Part shown: positions 28,175 to 38,113 of the stretch, one piece after another
How the letters are laid out: each line of letters begins with the position of its first letter
How positions within the stretch are numbered: the first letter of the stretch is position 1
From: Chthoniobacter flavus
GTDB lineage: Bacteria > Verrucomicrobiota > Verrucomicrobiia > Chthoniobacterales > JACTMZ01
Assembly: GCA_945870655.1 (NCBI GenBank)
Contig: CAMBSX010000001.1
Location: forward strand, 7,363-71,362
DNA length: 64,000 nt
Reading direction: 5' to 3'
Program-made: the position numbers and the translations under genes
Notes under the pieces: generated by a model
Database searches by the model: none
What the model was told of the DNA's origin: nothing
What the model saw: only the letters and a program-made list of their open reading frames with translations

Positions 28175-28412
28175 TCGGGACGCCTTTGCTGCGGCAAACT
28201 TTGAGCGGGTCAGCGGGAGCGCCGACACTCGTTGGCCTTGCGTTGCTTCTCTCACGTCTGCAGTGCATGGCGGGATCGATGGGGCGGGCGCCCACCCGTG
28301 GGGGCGTTGCGTCAAATCGAGCTTCGGCCTGCGGTTTGTGGCCGCGGCACGATTCCTTATGAAAAGAATCAGTTGTTTGGTCGCGCTCGAATCCCGTTCG
28401 AGGTTCTGCCTA

Positions 28413-29540
28413 TCAAACCGTGGCCGGCAATCGTCGCTCGATGTCCGTGAGGAGTGCGGCGAATTCCCGCGTCTCCCGGCGGCAACTCTCGATCATGTGG
28501 CGTGAGACATTGACTTTCTCGGCCATTGCTTTTTCGACCGCCGCATAGTTGGCGGCGAGGCGGTCGCTTAGCTGGTGGAAGAGATCGTGCATTTGCTGGC
28601 CGAGAACGGTGGCGATGCTGGCATGCTGATCTGTACTGAGGGCGGCGCGGCGCTTCGTCTCCTGCATTTCGGCAAGAAGGATCTTTTCATCCGGAACGCG
28701 GCGGAGGTCGCTGACCAAGCCGAGTTTTTCCAACGTCCAGATGGACCATTTGGTCGGGTCGAAATTGGAGCTTTTCACTCCGTTACGGTAGTCGTGTTGG
28801 AACTCGTGGTGGTAGTTGTGATAACCTTCGCCGAAGGTGAAAAGGGCCATCACGGCGCTATCGCGTGCGCTGCACCGCGTCGAATAAGGCTGACGGCCCA
28901 CGCTATGGCACATCGAGTTGATGAAAAACGTGCTGTGTTGCACCGCGAAAACGCGGAGGACACCGGCCAGAAGGAAGCCGCCCAGCGCGCCGACTGCCCC
29001 GCCCCAGAGGAACCCGAGGAGGACGGGAAGACCGAAACCGAGGCTAACCGCAATGGGAATGCACCAGCGGTGCTGCCACATGACCAGAGGGTCGCGGCGA
29101 AGATCGTTGACATTGTCCATCGGCTCCTCGGGTCCGAGTTTGAAAAGGAGCCAACCGATGTGCGCCCAGAGGAAGCCCTTGCTGATGTCGTAGGGATCGT
29201 CATCGTGGTCGACATGTTTGTGGTGCTTGCGGTGGTCAGAGCACCAATCGAGGGCGGAATTTTCAAAAGCACAGGCGCCGAAAAGAAGAGTGGCCAGTTT
29301 GACCGGGGATTTCGCTTTGAAAGAAAGGTGAGAAAAAAGTCGATGGTAGCCCAGCGTGATGCTGAAACCAGTGGCCATGTAGAAAAAAAGGAAGAGACCG
29401 ACTTGGAACCAATCCAGCCCGTAGTGCCAGATGTAAAGGGGCACGGCGGTAAGGGCCAAGGTGTTGATGACAGCCAGGAAAATGCTGGTCGTCCAGTTGA
29501 CGCGATCCCATGGGATGCGGGAGATGAGTGGAATTTGCAT
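28413..29540 (-). CDS. Acyl-CoA (stearoyl-CoA-type, Delta9) fatty acid desaturase
   Basis: Three His boxes: HRLFSH, HRKHHKHVD, HNYHHEFQHDY. It has four TM helices and a ~100-aa helical C-terminal extension. The start is ATG 29540 (or 29579). Confidence 0.9.
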   Translation of the reverse strand: MQIPLISRIPWDRVNWTTSIFLAVINTLALTAVPLYIWHYGLDWFQVGLFLFFYMATGFSITLGYHRLFSHLSFKAKSPVKLATLLFGACAFENSALDWCSDHRKHHKHVDHDDDPYDISKGFLWAHIGWLLFKLGPEEPMDNVNDLRRDPLVMWQHRWCIPIAVSLGFGLPVLLGFLWGGAVGALGGFLLAGVLRVFAVQHSTFFINSMCHSVGRQPYSTRCSARDSAVMALFTFGEGYHNYHHEFQHDYRNGVKSSNFDPTKWSIWTLEKLGLVSDLRRVPDEKILLAEMQETKRRAALSTDQHASIATVLGQQMHDLFHQLSDRLAANYAAVEKAMAEKVNVSRHMIESCRRETREFAALLTDIERRLPATV

Positions 29541-29696
29541 GAAGGTGGGCTTATGGCAGACGGACCGCTGCCAGCTCAAAGACTAGGCCAGGCCTTTCCA
29601 GATGGCAAGTCACGGGCCGGTTCCGGTTCGCGGAGCGGACGGGATAAAGTCATAAAGGTCGGGCCGCGGGGCGTGCCCAAGGGCATCTTGTTTTCC

Positions 29697-30797
29697 TCAA
29701 CCCGGCAGGCAATCCGTCATCCAACCGAGGAGTTCGCTGACGGTCGCTTCGCTTTCGTCACCCATGTTGGAGACGCGGAAAGTGGTGCCTTTGATTTTTC
29801 CATAACCGCCGTTGATCGCCACTTTGTGCTTCTTTTTCAGCGCGGAGCAGAAAGCGGCCACGTCGATGTTCTTGTTGTTTTTCACGCAGACCAGCGATTT
29901 GGAGCGGTAACCTTCCCGGGCGAAGTGCTCGAAGCCGTGCGCCGCGACCCAATCGGAAATCATTTGATTCAGCTTGGCGTGACGGGCATAACGATTTTCC
30001 ACTCCCTCTTCGAAAATATCGTCGAGTTTCGACTGCAAAGCCCAAATGTGCCCGGTGGTCGGCGTGCTCGGCGTCATGAACTTCTCCCAGTTTTTGTGGA
30101 ATTCAACGAGGTCGAAATAGTAACCGCGGTCGGGTGTGGTGGCGGCCCGAGCCCGGGCCCGGTCGCTGGCGCTAAAGAGGGCCAGTCCCGGAGGAAGGGC
30201 GAGGGCCTTCTGGCTGCCGGTGAGCAGAATGTCGATGCCAAGATCGTCCATCGAAATCGGCACAGTGGAAAACGAAGACACGCTATCCACGATAAACATG
30301 ACTTCAGGATACTTTTTGACCACCGCGGCAATTTCGGCCAGGGGGTTGAGAACCCCAGCTGAGGTCTCGTTGTGGATCAGGGTGATCGCGTCAAACCCGC
30401 CTTGGGAAAGTTTCTCGTCGACCAATTCGGGAAGGATAGGATCGCCCCATTCGACTTGAAGTGCCTCAGCCTGCTTGCCGCAGCGCTTGCTCACGTCGAA
30501 CCATTTGTCGGAAAAAGCGCCGCACATGCAGTTGAGGACTTTTTTGTGCACGAGGTTACGCAGCGCACCCTCCATCACCCCCCAAGCGGAAGCGGTGGCC
30601 AGGTAAACAGGTCCGGTCGTGCCGAAGAGGGTTTGCAGACGCGGGTGTATTGACTCGTAGAGGGATGAGAACTCCGTGCCGCGGTGACCGATTTGCGGGT
30701 GGCAGAATGCTCGGAAGGTTTTGTCCGATACTTCAACCGGTCCGGGGATGAATAGTTTGACGTGGCCGTCGGCGGTGGCGTTGGTTGTGTTCAGCAT
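29697..30797 (-). CDS. Class V PLP aminotransferase (serine-pyruvate / alanine-glyoxylate type)
   Basis: LFIPGPVEV ... IHNETSAGV ... DSVSSF ... LLTGSQKALALPPGL (PLP lysine). ATG 30797 is preferred because it avoids overlap with the upstream gene. An alternative ATG lies at 30812. Confidence 0.85.
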   Translation of the reverse strand: MLNTTNATADGHVKLFIPGPVEVSDKTFRAFCHPQIGHRGTEFSSLYESIHPRLQTLFGTTGPVYLATASAWGVMEGALRNLVHKKVLNCMCGAFSDKWFDVSKRCGKQAEALQVEWGDPILPELVDEKLSQGGFDAITLIHNETSAGVLNPLAEIAAVVKKYPEVMFIVDSVSSFSTVPISMDDLGIDILLTGSQKALALPPGLALFSASDRARARAATTPDRGYYFDLVEFHKNWEKFMTPSTPTTGHIWALQSKLDDIFEEGVENRYARHAKLNQMISDWVAAHGFEHFAREGYRSKSLVCVKNNKNIDVAAFCSALKKKHKVAINGGYGKIKGTTFRVSNMGDESEATVSELLGWMTDCLPG

Positions 30798-30799
30798 GA

Positions 30800-33211
30800 T
30801 TAATTTTCCCAAATGAAGTGTTCGAGTCGCAGGCGACGGGCACGCTGCTTGATCTCTTCGCGCTGCGGGCCCTCGGCGGATGCCATCTTATCATAGACGG
30901 CAATGGCCTCCGGCCAGTCCTTTTGTTCTTCCAGAAGGCGCCCTGCCTCAAGCCCGGCCTTGTAAAACCAAAACGGGTCGGCGTCCGTTCCCGGCGGGCG
31001 CGACAGCACGTCGCGGTAGGCAGCGAGGGCGGCTCCAGCTTGCCCGGCCTTGGCCAGTGCAGCGGCGCGCTTGCAGGCAGCTTGGTCGCGCCAATCGGGC
31101 GGGGCGGAAAGGTCCGCGGCCAGACCGGCGTAGACGGCGGCAGCTTCGGTAAAACGGCCGGGTTCGCTGCCGCCCCATGCGAAAAGGGTGTCGCCCTTTT
31201 CCATCAAGGCGGCGAGGCGAACTTCGTGCGGCGGTTCGCCGCCGAGGATGCGGTCGTACAAAGTGAGGGCATCGGCCAAGCGGCGGTCGCGCAAGAGAAG
31301 AGAGGCCTGCTCGAAGCGGGCGCGGTACCGCAGGGGCGAATTGCTTTGCGCAATCTGGTCGAACCACGCGAGGGCACGGCCCGCGCCCTCCGCACTCATG
31401 CTACGTGCGGCGGACTGCGCGGCAAAGAACTTGGCCAGTGCTGCGGTCTCGGCGTCGGGCAGGCTTTGGCTCAGCTTGGTCAGCACCGCTTCGGCCGCTG
31501 CGTGGTCGCCCACACGGGAGTGCAGTTCTCCAAGTTTGAAGGCAATGTCGGGGGCTTCGGGGGCCTCGGGGTAGGTGGCCAGAAATTCGGCCGCGGCAGT
31601 GACCAGTTCCTCGCGGGGACGCGAACCGGCGTTGTCCGCGGCAAAAATTTCCGCGGCGGCGAGGGCGGCGGCGCGTGGCGGAGTGTCCGCCTCGGCTTGA
31701 GCCGTGCGGAGGATACGTTCGGCCGCCGGGGCCTCGCCACGGCCCATGCGCCATTCGGCCAGAGCAAGCTTGGACTGGAAGGCGTAATCGACGGCGGGCG
31801 CCCGCCGGGCGAGGGCGCTGAGCCCGTCAATTTTCCCTTCGCGCGCTTCGGCCGCGGCAATGAGAAAAGACCAGCGGACGAGGTCGGGATTGCCGGGTTC
31901 GTTTTGACGCAAAAGATCGAAGGAGTCCCGGGCCAGGGCGAGGTCCTCGGCGGCGAGTGCGGAGACAACACAGTTGGCTGCGGCGGCGGATTTTTCTTCC
32001 GGGGTGCGGGCTGCTTTGACCGCTGCGGCGAACGAATCGTAAGCGCGGCGGTGTGCCGCGGTGGCGGCGAGGGCGCGTCCGCGTAAGTCGGCCAAGCGGT
32101 AATCGGAAGCCGTGCCGGTCTGCCCCGCAGGAATGGTCTCGAGCAGTTCGAGTGCTTGTTTGGTTTGCCCGGCAGCGATGTGAGCCTCGGCCAGGAGGAG
32201 GCGCGCGCGCAGGGCCTCCTCGGGACCGAAAGCCGGATCAGCTGCCACTTCGTCCAAAGCGCTGATCACCGCTTCCGGCCGTTTCAGATCCAGGTCGAGG
32301 CGTGCCAGTTGGAACCGGGCTTCAAGGGCGCGGCGGCTTCCCTTTTTGTCCGCCCACGTTCTCAGGTCTGACGATGGGTCGGCCCCCAGCTGGCGTTGCA
32401 ACATCACCCATCGCTCCATGCTTTCGCGGGTGGTCAGGGCGTCGGGTGTCTCATCGAGGCTTTGCCGCAGGACATCGCGGGCGCGTGCGTCGACGCCGAG
32501 AACAAGGAGTGACCGGGCCAACCCGAGCCGCGCATTGTCCCGGACGGCCGCACTGGGCTCGCCGGTGGCAAGGATGTTGCGGAATATCTCCGAGGCCTCG
32601 GACGGACGGTTTTCGGCCAGGCGGAGGCGGCCAAGGGCGACCTGCAGTTCGGCCGCCGGCAGCAGTTGCTGCTCGCTTGCGGAGTTGATCAGAGCTTCTG
32701 CCGTCGCGGGATCACCGGTGGCAAGTTGCAGATCGAGGAGCAAACGCAGGGTATTTGGCTCGGTGGGCAAAGGCGTCCCGGATGGAGGCAGCAGGGCACG
32801 GGCAGCCGCCGCGTCGCCTTGCTCGGTGCGGATGCGGGCAAGAAGCAGGGCGGCTTCGGAATTTTCCGCGGCCAGCGGTTCGGCCAGCTTGGCGGCCATT
32901 TCCAGCCTGCCTTGGGCGGCCAAGGCGGCCGCGCGGAGGAGTACCGCTTCGCGCGACCCCCGGTCGCAGGGGCCGTCGAGAGTCTGGAGCGCATCGCCTG
33001 GGCGGCCAGCGGCGAGTTGTGCTCGGGCGAGGAGGAGACCGAGCGTGTTTTTCTGGCCCGCCGGCGCTTTGCGCAGCGCCTCCTCAAGAGGGGCAATGGC
33101 AGCTTGCGGCATTCCCTCGCGGAGGGCGGCGAGGGATCTTTCCGCCACGGTCGGATCCGCCGCGAGCGCTGTGGCGGTTAGCGCAATCCAGAGCAAGACG
33201 GCGGATTTCAT
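30800..33211 (-). CDS. Secreted tetratricopeptide-repeat protein (803 aa)
   Basis: It has a signal peptide (MKSAVLLWIALTATALAADP). The rest is Ala/Leu/Arg-rich with recurrent ~34-aa helical-repeat periodicity (…A.A..LLA.A.L..G....A…). The start overlaps the uvrA stop by 4 nt. Confidence 0.7.
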   Translation of the reverse strand: MKSAVLLWIALTATALAADPTVAERSLAALREGMPQAAIAPLEEALRKAPAGQKNTLGLLLARAQLAAGRPGDALQTLDGPCDRGSREAVLLRAAALAAQGRLEMAAKLAEPLAAENSEAALLLARIRTEQGDAAAARALLPPSGTPLPTEPNTLRLLLDLQLATGDPATAEALINSASEQQLLPAAELQVALGRLRLAENRPSEASEIFRNILATGEPSAAVRDNARLGLARSLLVLGVDARARDVLRQSLDETPDALTTRESMERWVMLQRQLGADPSSDLRTWADKKGSRRALEARFQLARLDLDLKRPEAVISALDEVAADPAFGPEEALRARLLLAEAHIAAGQTKQALELLETIPAGQTGTASDYRLADLRGRALAATAAHRRAYDSFAAAVKAARTPEEKSAAAANCVVSALAAEDLALARDSFDLLRQNEPGNPDLVRWSFLIAAAEAREGKIDGLSALARRAPAVDYAFQSKLALAEWRMGRGEAPAAERILRTAQAEADTPPRAAALAAAEIFAADNAGSRPREELVTAAAEFLATYPEAPEAPDIAFKLGELHSRVGDHAAAEAVLTKLSQSLPDAETAALAKFFAAQSAARSMSAEGAGRALAWFDQIAQSNSPLRYRARFEQASLLLRDRRLADALTLYDRILGGEPPHEVRLAALMEKGDTLFAWGGSEPGRFTEAAAVYAGLAADLSAPPDWRDQAACKRAAALAKAGQAGAALAAYRDVLSRPPGTDADPFWFYKAGLEAGRLLEEQKDWPEAIAVYDKMASAEGPQREEIKQRARRLRLEHFIWEN

Positions 33212-36111
33212 GTTCCGAGAGCTTTGCGGAGATAGTGACCGGTGTGGCTGGCTTCGACCTTAGCCACGGTTTCGGGTGTTCCCTCCGCGATGATACAACC
33301 ACCATGCTCGCCTCCACCGGGCCCGAGGTCGAGGATCCAGTCGGCACATTTGATCACGTCCATGTTGTGCTCGATGACGATGAGGGTGTTGCCCGCATTG
33401 CGCAACTTCATCAGCACTTGCATGAGCGTGTCGACATCGGAGACATGGAGTCCCGTGGTCGGTTCGTCGAGGATGTAAAGCGTCTTGGAACCTCCGCGCT
33501 TGGCCAGCTCGGTCGAAAGCTTGATCCTCTGGGCTTCGCCCCCGGAGAGGGTGCTGGCCGATTGTCCGAGGGTCAAATAACCGAGGCCGACCTCTTGCAT
33601 GGTCGAAAGCTTGTCGGCCACCTTGGGCACGGCACGGAAAAAGGAAAGGGCTTCGTCGATGGTTAGGGCAAGCACGTCGGCGATATTTTTCCCCTTGTAA
33701 GTGACTTCAAGCGTTTCCCGGTTGTAGCGGCGGCCCTGGCAAACGTCGCAGGTGACAAAAACATCGGCCAGAAAATGCATTTCCACCTTCAGTGAGCCGT
33801 CGCCCTGACAGTGCTCGCAGCGGCCGCCTTTGACGTTGAAGCTGAAGCGACCCGCATTGTAACCACGCACCCGTGCAGCGGGCACCTGGGCGAAAAGCTC
33901 GCGGATCGGGCCGAATGCGCCGGTGTAGGTTGCGGGATTGGACCGCGGGGTGCGGCCGATCGGTGACTGGTCGACGACCACCAGACGATGGACTTGGCCG
34001 CTGCCGAGGATGGCATCGTGGGCGCCGGGTGTCGCCTTGGCGCGGTACAGATCGCGGGCCAGGGCGGCCCGAAGGATATCGTTGACCAAAGTGGATTTAC
34101 CGCTGCCCGAGACGCCGGTGACGCAGACAAAGGTGCCGAGCGGAAAATGGGCGTCGAGGTTTTGCAGGTTGTTTTCCCGCGCGCCGGTCACGCTGAGCCA
34201 GCCGTCGGATGCTCCGGCCACGAGGGCACGGGGTGTGAGGGGCTTGTTGCGCTTGGCCGGCACGCGGATCCGGAGTTCCCCGCCAAGATAGCGTCCGGTC
34301 AGCGACTGCGGGGCCGCGATGACTTCCTCAAGGGTGCCTTGGGCGACGATGCGCCCGCCGAGCGGTCCAGCTCCCGGACCGATGTCGATGATGTGGTCGG
34401 CTGCCGCGATGGTGTCGTGGTCGTGCTCGACAACAAGGACCGAGTTGCCCAGATCGCGCAGGCGCTTGAGGGTGGCGATGAGCCGCTCGTTGTCGCGCTG
34501 GTGGAGTCCGATACTGGGTTCGTCGAGCACGTAGAGAACACCGGCCAAGCCGCTGCCGATTTGCGTGGCCAAGCGGATGCGCTGGGCTTCACCGCCGGAG
34601 AGAGTGCCGCTTTCGCGATTCAGGGTGAGGTAGTCGAGCCCGACCTCTTCGAGAAAAGCGAGGCGCCGGGCGATTTCGCCGACCACCTCACCGGCAATCG
34701 CCTCGTCCTTGCCCTGCAACCGGAGTTGTCCGATGACCTTGGCCGCTTGGGCAATGGTGAGGTTGCAGAAGGTGTCGATGGGGTACTCCATTCCGGCGGA
34801 GGTGATCAGGGTGACGCCGAGAATTTCGGGACGGAGCCGGGCCCCGCAGCAGCGGCCGCACGGACGACGGTTCTGCAAGGCTTTGAGGCGCTGCTTCAGC
34901 GACTCGCCCTTGGCGCGGGCGAGCAGATGCTCAAGCTGCGCAAGGAGGCCTTCAAACGGCTTGGCTAATTTTTGGCGGGCCGGCCCGGTACCAAATTGGA
35001 GGTCGATGGCGCGGTCGCCCGAGCCATGGAGGAGCAGTTGGTGGAAGGACGCTGGCAATTTGCCCAAGGGCAGATCAGTGCGCACACCCGCATCGGCAGC
35101 GAGGGCAGCGGTCAGGGCTGCGTAATAGGACTCCATTTTCGGCGTGCTCTTACGCCAGGCCACGATGGCGCCGTCCTGGAGAGACTTGTCCATATCGAGG
35201 ACGAGGTCGGGATCAAAGTAGGGTTCGGTCCCGAGCCCTTGACAGCCCGGACAGGCGCCGAGGTGACTGTTGAATGAAAAATGCTGTGGAGTGAGGCGCG
35301 GAAGAGTGAAGCCGGTGCGCGGATTGCAAAAGGCGGTGGAGAAAGGGTGGTCGCTGAATTGTTTTTCGTCCGGCGGTTGGAGCGAGGCGACGAGTTGCCC
35401 CTCGCCCCAGCGCAGGGCAGTTTCGACGGAGTCGGCAAGGCGTTGGCGGAGCCCGGACTTGAGCACGAGGCGGTCGATCACGGCCTCGATGTGATGACGG
35501 CGGTTTTTGTTCAGGCGGATGCGTGCCTCCCCGCCAAGGTCGGTGATTTCGCCGTCGATGCGCGCGCGCACAAAGCCCTCACGGCGGAGTTTTTCGATGA
35601 TGTCGCGGAATTCTCCCGCTTGGTTGCGCACGACGGGGGCAAGGAGGATGAGTTTGCTCTCCGGCGGAAAGGCAAGGATGGCGTCGGTGATTTCCTGTGG
35701 GGTCTGACGGCGAACCAGTTCCCCGGTCTCGGGGTCGTGTGGAACCCCGAGGGCGGAGTAGAGGATGCGGAGGTAGTCGTAGATTTCCGTGGTGGTGGCG
35801 ATGGTCGAACGAGGACCGGCGGAGGCCGTGCGCTGCTCGATGGCAATGGCGGGGGAAAGACCTTCGACGAAATCGACGTCGGGACGCTCGAGCCGGTCGA
35901 GAAATTGACGGGCGTAAGCGGAGAGGCTTTCGACATACTTCCGCTGCCCTTCGGCATAGAGGGTATCGAAGGCGAGGGAGGATTTGCCGGAGCCGCTGGG
36001 GCCGGTCAGGACGACAAAGCGGTTCCGCGGTATGACTACGTCGACATTCTTCAGGTTGTGCTGGCGGGCGCCCTTGACGCGGATGGCAGCGGGTTCGGAG
36101 GAAGGCAACAT
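33208..36111 (-). CDS. uvrA: Excinuclease ABC subunit UvrA
   Basis: ORF 33208..36288 trimmed to ATG 36111 (MLPSSEPAAIRVKGARQHNLKNVDVVIPRNRFVVLTGPSGSGKSSLAFDTLYAEGQRKYVESLSAYARQF). It has two ABC modules (LSGGEAQRIRLA, LSGGEAQRIKLS) and zinc-finger cysteines. Confidence 0.95.
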   Translation of the reverse strand: MLPSSEPAAIRVKGARQHNLKNVDVVIPRNRFVVLTGPSGSGKSSLAFDTLYAEGQRKYVESLSAYARQFLDRLERPDVDFVEGLSPAIAIEQRTASAGPRSTIATTTEIYDYLRILYSALGVPHDPETGELVRRQTPQEITDAILAFPPESKLILLAPVVRNQAGEFRDIIEKLRREGFVRARIDGEITDLGGEARIRLNKNRRHHIEAVIDRLVLKSGLRQRLADSVETALRWGEGQLVASLQPPDEKQFSDHPFSTAFCNPRTGFTLPRLTPQHFSFNSHLGACPGCQGLGTEPYFDPDLVLDMDKSLQDGAIVAWRKSTPKMESYYAALTAALAADAGVRTDLPLGKLPASFHQLLLHGSGDRAIDLQFGTGPARQKLAKPFEGLLAQLEHLLARAKGESLKQRLKALQNRRPCGRCCGARLRPEILGVTLITSAGMEYPIDTFCNLTIAQAAKVIGQLRLQGKDEAIAGEVVGEIARRLAFLEEVGLDYLTLNRESGTLSGGEAQRIRLATQIGSGLAGVLYVLDEPSIGLHQRDNERLIATLKRLRDLGNSVLVVEHDHDTIAAADHIIDIGPGAGPLGGRIVAQGTLEEVIAAPQSLTGRYLGGELRIRVPAKRNKPLTPRALVAGASDGWLSVTGARENNLQNLDAHFPLGTFVCVTGVSGSGKSTLVNDILRAALARDLYRAKATPGAHDAILGSGQVHRLVVVDQSPIGRTPRSNPATYTGAFGPIRELFAQVPAARVRGYNAGRFSFNVKGGRCEHCQGDGSLKVEMHFLADVFVTCDVCQGRRYNRETLEVTYKGKNIADVLALTIDEALSFFRAVPKVADKLSTMQEVGLGYLTLGQSASTLSGGEAQRIKLSTELAKRGGSKTLYILDEPTTGLHVSDVDTLMQVLMKLRNAGNTLIVIEHNMDVIKCADWILDLGPGGGEHGGCIIAEGTPETVAKVEASHTGHYLRKALGT

Positions 36112-36202
36112 GCGTGGCCCTAAATGATAGGGCGGTTGCCCCGCGGCGCAAAAGAGGATTGTGACCCTTGGCAAGGTAACGGGCATGGCTATGGTGGGGG
36201 GT

Positions 36203-38113
36203 ATGAAGCGGGAGTTGTCGGCTCTGATTTTCGGGATCCTCCCTGTCGTTCTGGCGCGAGCGGACTTCGATTTGAGCCGCATGCCCACCGCCCAAGATGT
36301 CGTGGCTATTCGCGCGCTGGGCTGGGCACCTGCCGCCGATGCGCTGGAAACCGGATTGGCCGAGGAATGGAAACCGTCACACTCTTCGCAGGCCGGCAGC
36401 GCCGGGAATGCCGTTTTCCGCCAGTGGCAAAGACTTTACCAATGGTGCCGCCTGCTCGGAACGCCAGAACCGGAAGCGCTGAAGGCCTGGCTCGGCCGTC
36501 GCGTGCTGCGCAATCCGGACCAGGACAACGCGCTGCTCGTCATCCCTCCCGGGGTGCCGTTGCCGGCCGACTCATCCGGACGACCCCTGCCCACGGCGGC
36601 GGGGGCGCTCCGGTTAGAACATTTGCCTCCGGAGATTCTGCGGGCGCTTTTGCCGGAGGACTACAATCCGGGCGGCGGTCCAGTCGCATCGCGGGCCTCG
36701 GACGACTTCCTGGCTGGGTTGGCCAACGACCAGGACTTTCTCAAAGAGTTCTTCCGCGAATTGAAGCCGGACGACTTCGTCCCAGTCGTGCTGGCGCGTC
36801 TCGAGCAGTTGCGACGTGTTCATCCGGGGGCGTGGCCCGCTTACCGCTCGCTCATGCTGGCTTTTGCCTTGGTCCACGACCAGCGGGAACCATCGTTCTG
36901 GCCGCATCATCAGGTGCCTCCGGAAGCGGTAGCGCGCACGGAGGAGGATGTCGCGGGTCAGTTCGATTATTTTTACCGGGCCAACGAGGCAAGAAAGCTC
37001 GAGCACGATCTGCGCCGTCTCCCCACGGCGGAATTGAAGTTCCTCGTCGACGCCCCGGTGCCACGCTCCGAATTTGAGTGGGCGGCCCAAAATGCGCGGA
37101 CGCGGCACGACAAGTTCGATCGTGTTCTCGACATGGTCCGGTACGATCACGGGCGTGCCGAGCGCGGGGTTTTTTCCTGGCCCCACGGCGATTACAGCTT
37201 GGGCAATATCAACTCGGCTGGGGGAATTTGCACCGACCAAGCCTACTTCGCCTGCATCGCGGGCAAGGCCCGGGGAATTCCCACCCTTTACTTTGCAGGC
37301 CAGGGGCAAGACGGGGGGCATGCCTGGTTCGGGTATCTGCGGAGGAACGGTCAGTGGGAGTTGGATGCCGGGCGTTTCTTCCAACAGCGCTATACCGTTG
37401 GCCAGGCGCTGGACCCGCAAACTTGGCAGCCCGTGACCGATCACGAGTTGCTCTTTCTCTCGGGCCGGTCGACGCGTGCCCCAGGACATGACGCAGCCTT
37501 GGGCGACTTGGCCATGGTGGAAGTCTTCCAGCGGCGCGGGGATTTGCCATCGGCCGGCGCGGCGGCGGATAGCGCGCTTTTCTACGCGCCCGACTTTGTC
37601 GCGGCTTGGGAAGCCAAGGAGGACGTGCTCGCGGCGGCAAAGGACACGGCGGCCTTGCGTGCGCATTACGCGTCAGGCGTCGACCAATTCCGCCGCAAAG
37701 AAGATTTGCGTGTGCGCTACCAGACGCGGTTGGCTGAGTTGGCCCGGGCGGGGGGCGACGGACAAGTTGCCCGCGGGATCGAATCGCGCATGATCCGCGA
37801 AAACCGGCGTCTCCGTACTGATTTGAGCGCCAGCACGGGGGCCGAGGTTCTCTCCCGACTGATGCAAGAGGGTGAATATATTGCCGCGATGCGGGAATAT
37901 CGCTCGCTGGCCGCCAAGCTTGGTCCGACCGGCGGAGGCAATTTCTTCTACGAGGTGGTGCGTCCTTTTGTCCGGCAATTGATGGCCGCCGGCCGAAACG
38001 ACGATGCGCGGCGTGTCCTCGATCTCGCCGGGCGGGTCATGAGATTCGAACCGGGCAGCATTCTGGCGCGCGAATTTACCGAGATGGAGGCCGGACTGGA
38101 TCGCGCTCAATAG
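36203..38113 (+). CDS. Secreted transglutaminase-like (Cys-His-Asp) protein with helical C-terminal region
   Basis: ORF 36161..38113 trimmed to ATG 36203 (MKRELSALIFGILPVVLARA, signal). The candidate catalytic core is GGICTDQAYFACIAGKARGIPTLYFAGQGQDGGHAWFGYLRRNGQWELDAG. The C-terminal ~200 aa are helical and repeat-like. Confidence 0.55.
   Translation: MKRELSALIFGILPVVLARADFDLSRMPTAQDVVAIRALGWAPAADALETGLAEEWKPSHSSQAGSAGNAVFRQWQRLYQWCRLLGTPEPEALKAWLGRRVLRNPDQDNALLVIPPGVPLPADSSGRPLPTAAGALRLEHLPPEILRALLPEDYNPGGGPVASRASDDFLAGLANDQDFLKEFFRELKPDDFVPVVLARLEQLRRVHPGAWPAYRSLMLAFALVHDQREPSFWPHHQVPPEAVARTEEDVAGQFDYFYRANEARKLEHDLRRLPTAELKFLVDAPVPRSEFEWAAQNARTRHDKFDRVLDMVRYDHGRAERGVFSWPHGDYSLGNINSAGGICTDQAYFACIAGKARGIPTLYFAGQGQDGGHAWFGYLRRNGQWELDAGRFFQQRYTVGQALDPQTWQPVTDHELLFLSGRSTRAPGHDAALGDLAMVEVFQRRGDLPSAGAAADSALFYAPDFVAAWEAKEDVLAAAKDTAALRAHYASGVDQFRRKEDLRVRYQTRLAELARAGGDGQVARGIESRMIRENRRLRTDLSASTGAEVLSRLMQEGEYIAAMREYRSLAAKLGPTGGGNFFYEVVRPFVRQLMAAGRNDDARRVLDLAGRVMRFEPGSILAREFTEMEAGLDRAQ

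Noticed and set aside
28175-28412. Candidate hairpins (for example CTCGAA-TCCCG-TTCGAG at ~28386-28402) as terminators between the convergent beta-CASP and desaturase genes.
   Set aside because: The stems are short, are not followed by a T-run on either strand, and are not convincing as intrinsic terminators.
28575-30362. The 595-aa plus-strand ORF.
   Set aside because: It is antisense to the fatty-acid desaturase and the class V aminotransferase, both of which carry unmistakable family motifs. The plus-frame product has no recognisable motifs.
36112-36288. N-terminal extensions of track ORFs. Examples: uvrA to 36288, mmsA to 44614, psd to 8536, the MBL hydrolase to 23176, dapF to 48107, pssA to 7379, thiS to 2243.
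   Set aside because: The extensions are Arg/Pro-rich and overlap neighbouring genes or promoters. Internal ATGs reproduce the canonical N-termini of the respective families and often create the ATGA coupling seen throughout the window.
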